Made by a program: the position numbers and the translations under genes
Assembly: GCA_963767005.1 (NCBI GenBank)
Contig: CAVYCN010000013.1
Span: 1-41,397 of the forward strand
Length of the DNA stretch: 41,397 bases
DNA from: an uncultured Actinomycetes bacterium
GTDB taxonomy: Bacteria; Actinomycetota; Thermoleophilia; UBA2241
Direction of reading: 5' to 3'
Shown here: one piece after another, positions 37,829 through 41,397 of the stretch
How positions within the stretch are numbered: position 1 is the first letter of the stretch
Layout of the letters: each line of letters begins with the position of its first letter
The notes under the pieces: generated by a model
The model's input: only the letters and a program-made list of their open reading frames with translations
What the model was told of the DNA's origin: nothing
Databases searched by the model: none

Positions 37829-38219
37829 GCTCGGTCACAACGGGCAGCAGCAGCAGGAGCTCGTTGGAGCTGCGGTAGGACTCGATGCAGGGTCGCGACC
37901 AGTCGGGCTCGGTGGCGGCCGCCATGGCGTCGAAGGTCGGGCCGATCTCGTCGACGTGCTGCTGCCAGTCGGCGAGCCTGGTGCGCTCGTAGTCGCCGCC
38001 CGGGATGCGCCCGGCGGCGAGGCCGAGCAGGTCGGGGTCGTCGCCGTCCTGGACGGCGACGCAGGCGCGGTACTCGTCGCCGTCGTAGATGCCGAAGAAG
38101 CGCCGGCCGCGCAGGCTGCCGAGCGTCGCCTCGATCGCCGCGAACGCGGCCGGCGCACCGCTCGAGCCGCCCGCGGCGGCCACGTACATGACGTCGATGT
38201 CGTCGATCGTGACCCTCAT
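37821..38219 (-). CDS. GyrI-like small-molecule-binding protein
   Basis: AF..IE, YRACV, IPGGDY, RPCIESY pattern. Confidence 0.75.
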   Translation of the reverse strand: MRVTIDDIDVMYVAAAGGSSGAPAAFAAIEATLGSLRGRRFFGIYDGDEYRACVAVQDGDDPDLLGLAAGRIPGGDYERTRLADWQQHVDEIGPTFDAMAAATEPDWSRPCIESYRSSNELLLLLPVVTERA

Positions 38220-38277
38220 GGGCGGCCCCCCGTCGCCTCGTTCGCCGAACCGGCGCGACCCCGCGGTCGCTGCGACG

Positions 38278-38529
38278 CTAGCGCTTCTTCCAGTAGTCGA
38301 ACTCGGGCTCGTAGCGCACGCCCGAGAGGTCGAGCACGGCGATCTGCAGCGTCTCTTGTGCGTCGGCGATGGCTCGATTGTAAACGCTGGGGCAGATCTC
38401 GCGCACGCAGAATTCGAGCACGGAGCGCGCCTTGAGGTCGCCGATGTCGTCGTCGAGCTCGTCGGCGAAGAACTGGCGGATCGACTTGAGGAGGTACTCC
38501 TCGGTCTGCTGGTCGAGCTGGATGGTCAT
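38278..38529 (-). CDS. DUF2164 family protein
   Basis: SIRQFFADELDDDIGDLKA..PSVYNRAIADAQ. Confidence 0.85.
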   Translation of the reverse strand: MTIQLDQQTEEYLLKSIRQFFADELDDDIGDLKARSVLEFCVREICPSVYNRAIADAQETLQIAVLDLSGVRYEPEFDYWKKR

Positions 38530-38754
38530 GGCCCGGTCCCTTCTGCCGCTTGCGGCGGCTGCCCGTTCGGCGCTCGGCCGCACCCCACAAGACAAAGCCT
38601 ACGACACTTCTCGACGGTGACGATGCACGTGCGCGACGCGGGCGCGACCCGGCCGTGTTTCAGAGGGCGACTGGCATCCCCATCGCCGGCGTTCGCCCGG
38701 CATAGGGTAGGGACGGCGATAAGCAGGACCGGCAGAATCGAAGGGAGGGGCCGC

Positions 38755-39760
38755 ATGAAGGCGATCGTCCAGGACAGATACGGTCCGCCCGAGGTACTGC
38801 GGCTGGCCGAGGTCGAGCCGCCGCAGGTCGGCGACGACGAGGTGCTGGTGCGCGTGGTGGCGGCCGGCGTCGACGCCGGCGTGTGGCACATGGTGGCCGG
38901 CCTGCCGTACCTGGTGCGCGCCATAGGCCTGGGGCTGCGCGCGCCCAAGTCGCGGTTCCGCGGCACCGATCTCGCCGGCGTCGTCGAGGCGGTGGGCGCG
39001 TACGTGACGACGGTCAAGCCGGGCGACGAGGTCTACGGCTCGTGCGACCCGGTGGCCGGCGGCGCCTTCGCCGAGTCGCGCGGGTGCAGGCGGGCCGCCT
39101 CGCGGCCAAGCCGGCCAACCTGAGCTTCGAGCAGGCGGCGGCGGTGCCGGTCTCGGGCGTCACCGCGTTGCAGGCGCTGCGCGACGCGGGCGCGCTGCAG
39201 CCCGGCCAGACGGTGCTCGTCACCGGCGCCGGCGGCGGCGTGGGCAGCTTCGCCGTGCAGATCGCCAAGGCGCTCGGCGCCGCCGAGGTGACCGGCGTGT
39301 GCGGCGGGGCCAAGGTCGAGCTGGTGCGCTCGCTCGGCGCCGACCACGTGATCAACTACGCCGACGAGGACATCACGAGCGGCGCGCGGCAGTACGACCT
39401 GATCCTCGACACCGCCGGCCGGCGGCCCCTCACGCTGCTGCGCCGCGGCTGGCGCCGCGGGCAGTCGCCGTCATCGGCGGTGAGGGCGGCGACCGCTGGC
39501 TGGGCGGTTCGACCGCCAGATGGTCCGGCGCCGGCCGTGTCCCTCGTCAGCGATCAGCTGCCGGCGCTCAACGCGAAGGTGACCAGCGCGACCTCGAGGT
39601 CCTGCGCCGGCTGATCGAGGCCGGCAAGGTCACACCGGTCGTCGATCGCAGCTGCCGCTCGCGGAGGCGCCAAGGCGGTTCGATACGTGCACGAAGGGCG
39701 CGCGAACGGAAAGGTCGTCGTCACGGTCGCGCAGGCCGCGGTCGCGCCCCTACGCCAAGC
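38755..39760 (+). pseudogene. NAD(P)-dependent MDR oxidoreductase (quinone reductase-like), frameshifted; 3' end approximate
   Basis: MKAIVQDRYGPPEVL, GTDLAGVV, TALQAL, GAGGGVGSFAVQIAK, GKVTPVVD and GKVVVTV spread over several frames. Confidence 0.8.
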
Positions 39761-40241
39761 GAAGCTCCATGAAGACGGTGACTCGCCGCACGTCGGCCGG
39801 CACCTCGAGTACGGGCTTCGCTCGGCGAAGCCGAGCGAGGCGTACAGCCGGCGCGAAGCGTCGAGGAAGGTGCCCGTGTTGAGGCGCATGAGGCGGTAGC
39901 CCAGGGCGCGCGCCTCGCCGATCGCCTGTCTGGTCAGCGCCCTGCCGATGCCCTCGCCGCGGTGCGCCGGCCTGACATAGAGCCGCTTCAGTTCACAGAC
40001 GTCCTCGTCTGACATGGGCCGCAGGGCGACGCAGCCCACCGCGGCGCCGGCGTCGTCGTAGGCAAGCCAGCACGCCCCCCGGGCGGCCCGTAGGAGCCCG
40101 GCAGGCCCTCGATCTCGGCCTCGATCGACTGGTAGCCCATGTCGATGCCGCGTCGTTTACCAGGTAGTCGAACCACTCGCGCAGCAGGCCGCGGAACGCC
40201 CCGAGCTGCTCGGGGGTGGAGGGCTGGACGATGCGGATCAC
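39750..40241 (-). pseudogene. GNAT acetyltransferase, frameshifted
   Basis: YQSIEAEIEGLPGSY, GCVALRP, CELKRLYVRPAHRGEGIG, LYASLGF and VFMELRL across frames. Confidence 0.8.
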
Positions 40242-40262
40242 AGGGGGTCGGAGCGTCGGTCT

Positions 40263-40294
40263 CCCCCCCCCCCCCCCCCCCCCCCTCCCCCCCC
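40263..40294. repeat. Poly-C homopolymer tract
   Basis: 23 consecutive C, a T, then 8 more C. Confidence 0.9.
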
Positions 40295-40299
40295 TCTCC

Positions 40300-41397
40300 C
40301 AGGGTAGTCGGTCAGGGTCTCGCTGCCCTCGTCGGTCACCAGCAGGAGGTCCTCGAGGCGCACCTCTCCGATGCCGGATTGCCGCAGTCCTGGCTCGATG
40401 GCCACGACGTCGCCGGCAACCAGCTCGTCGCGCCCCGTCTGACCGATCGCCGGCGCTCGTGGACCGCCAGGCCGACGCCGTGACCGAGCCGGAGACGTCG
40501 AAGCCTTCGTCGGGGTCGTCGCCCGGGCCGGTACGCTGGGTGCGGGGGGTGGCCGATAGCCCTCGAACACCTCGCAAGCAAGCTCGTGCAGCTCGCGTCC
40601 GGTGATCCCCGGCCGCACCGCCGCGCGCACCCGCTCGAGCGCCGTGCGGACCAGGCTTTCCAGGGCCCGCACGTCGGTTCGGAGATCTCTCCGACCACGA
40701 ACGTGCGGGTCATGTAAACACAGCACCCCGAGGCTTCGTCCTGGGGCCAGAGGTCGATCACCGCGGATCGGCAGATTGGCGGGCGACGGGCCCGAACCTG
40801 GGTCGTGGCCGGGGTACCTGCCAGACGGAGGCCACGATCACGTCGGGGTTCGCCGGCGCCCCGTGGCGCCGGCAGGCGTCGCGGAGCGCATCGCGGACCA
40901 CCTCGGCGGTCACGACCTCTCCCGCTCGCACGAGGCCGTCGCCCTGGGGCACCGAGTAGCGCAGCAGCTCGGCGGCGGCGCGCATGCCGGCGTGCGCCGC
41001 CACCTGGGCGCGGCGGATGCCGGCCAGCTCGGCCGGCGACTTGCACCGGCGCCGCGCCGCCACCGCCTGCTTGTCGGGCTGCAGCACGACGCCGTCGGCG
41101 CGCAGCCGGTCGGCGATCCCGACCGGCATGTCCGGGTCGACCGTCGCCTCGCGCAGGCCCATCGCCGCGACGGCGCGCGAGACCAGCTCACGCTCGATCT
41201 CGTAGGCGGTCATGCCGCTGCCGATCAGCTCGTAGAAGCCCAGGTCGGCGATGTCGTGGATGACGGCGTCGGGCGCGGCCGCCACCACCCGGTCGCGTTC
41301 GAGGTTGCTGGCCGTCACGTGCAGCCGGTCGCCCACGACGGCGAGCAGGAACGGGTCCATGATCGCGACGGGCAGCTCGTGGCGCATGGCGGCCGAG
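40300..41397 (-). pseudogene. M24 Xaa-Pro aminopeptidase family, frameshifted and 5'-truncated by the window edge
   Basis: RRCKSPAEL, IDLWP, YMTRTFV, GHGVGLAVHE, AIEPGL and VRLEDLLLVT across frames. Confidence 0.82.

Noticed and set aside
40263-40300. Poly-G (minus strand) as a G-quadruplex or contingency locus
   Set aside because: Lies in an error-rich region, so an artefact is more likely

Overview
Very GC-rich bacterial chromosomal DNA. The gene content, leaderless-type promoters and C-terminally anchored solute-binding protein point to an Actinomycetota genome, plausibly Thermoleophilia-like (inference). About 40 densely packed metabolic, transport and regulatory genes; no rRNA, tRNA, CRISPR array, transposase or phage gene was seen. 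Main blocks: a histidine-ammonia-lyase-family gene lacking the MIO tripeptide; DUF2284 plus a cysteine hydrolase; an acyl-synthase-like GNAT, a membrane GGDEF-EAL protein and a CelD-type GNAT; MFS, DMT and DUF47; a PotABCD-like ABC operon; a decayed TetR divergent from a family-5 binding protein (two in-frame TAGs) and DUF917; an FSA-like aldolase plus MBL hydrolase; TetR-DrrAB with a clear double operator; an S9 peptidase and several small proteins; HTH, Clp-N and a degenerate CPBP membrane protein, back-to-back with PadR, ABC ATPase and FtsX permease. The regions ~16.6-17.1 kb and ~39.0-41.4 kb have many frameshifts and a poly-C tract, probably low-quality consensus. Best leads: the MIO-less lyase (with DUF917, possibly ergothioneine/histidine-betaine-type catabolism) and the acyl-synthase/c-di-GMP module. 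All family calls are by motif recognition, not database search.
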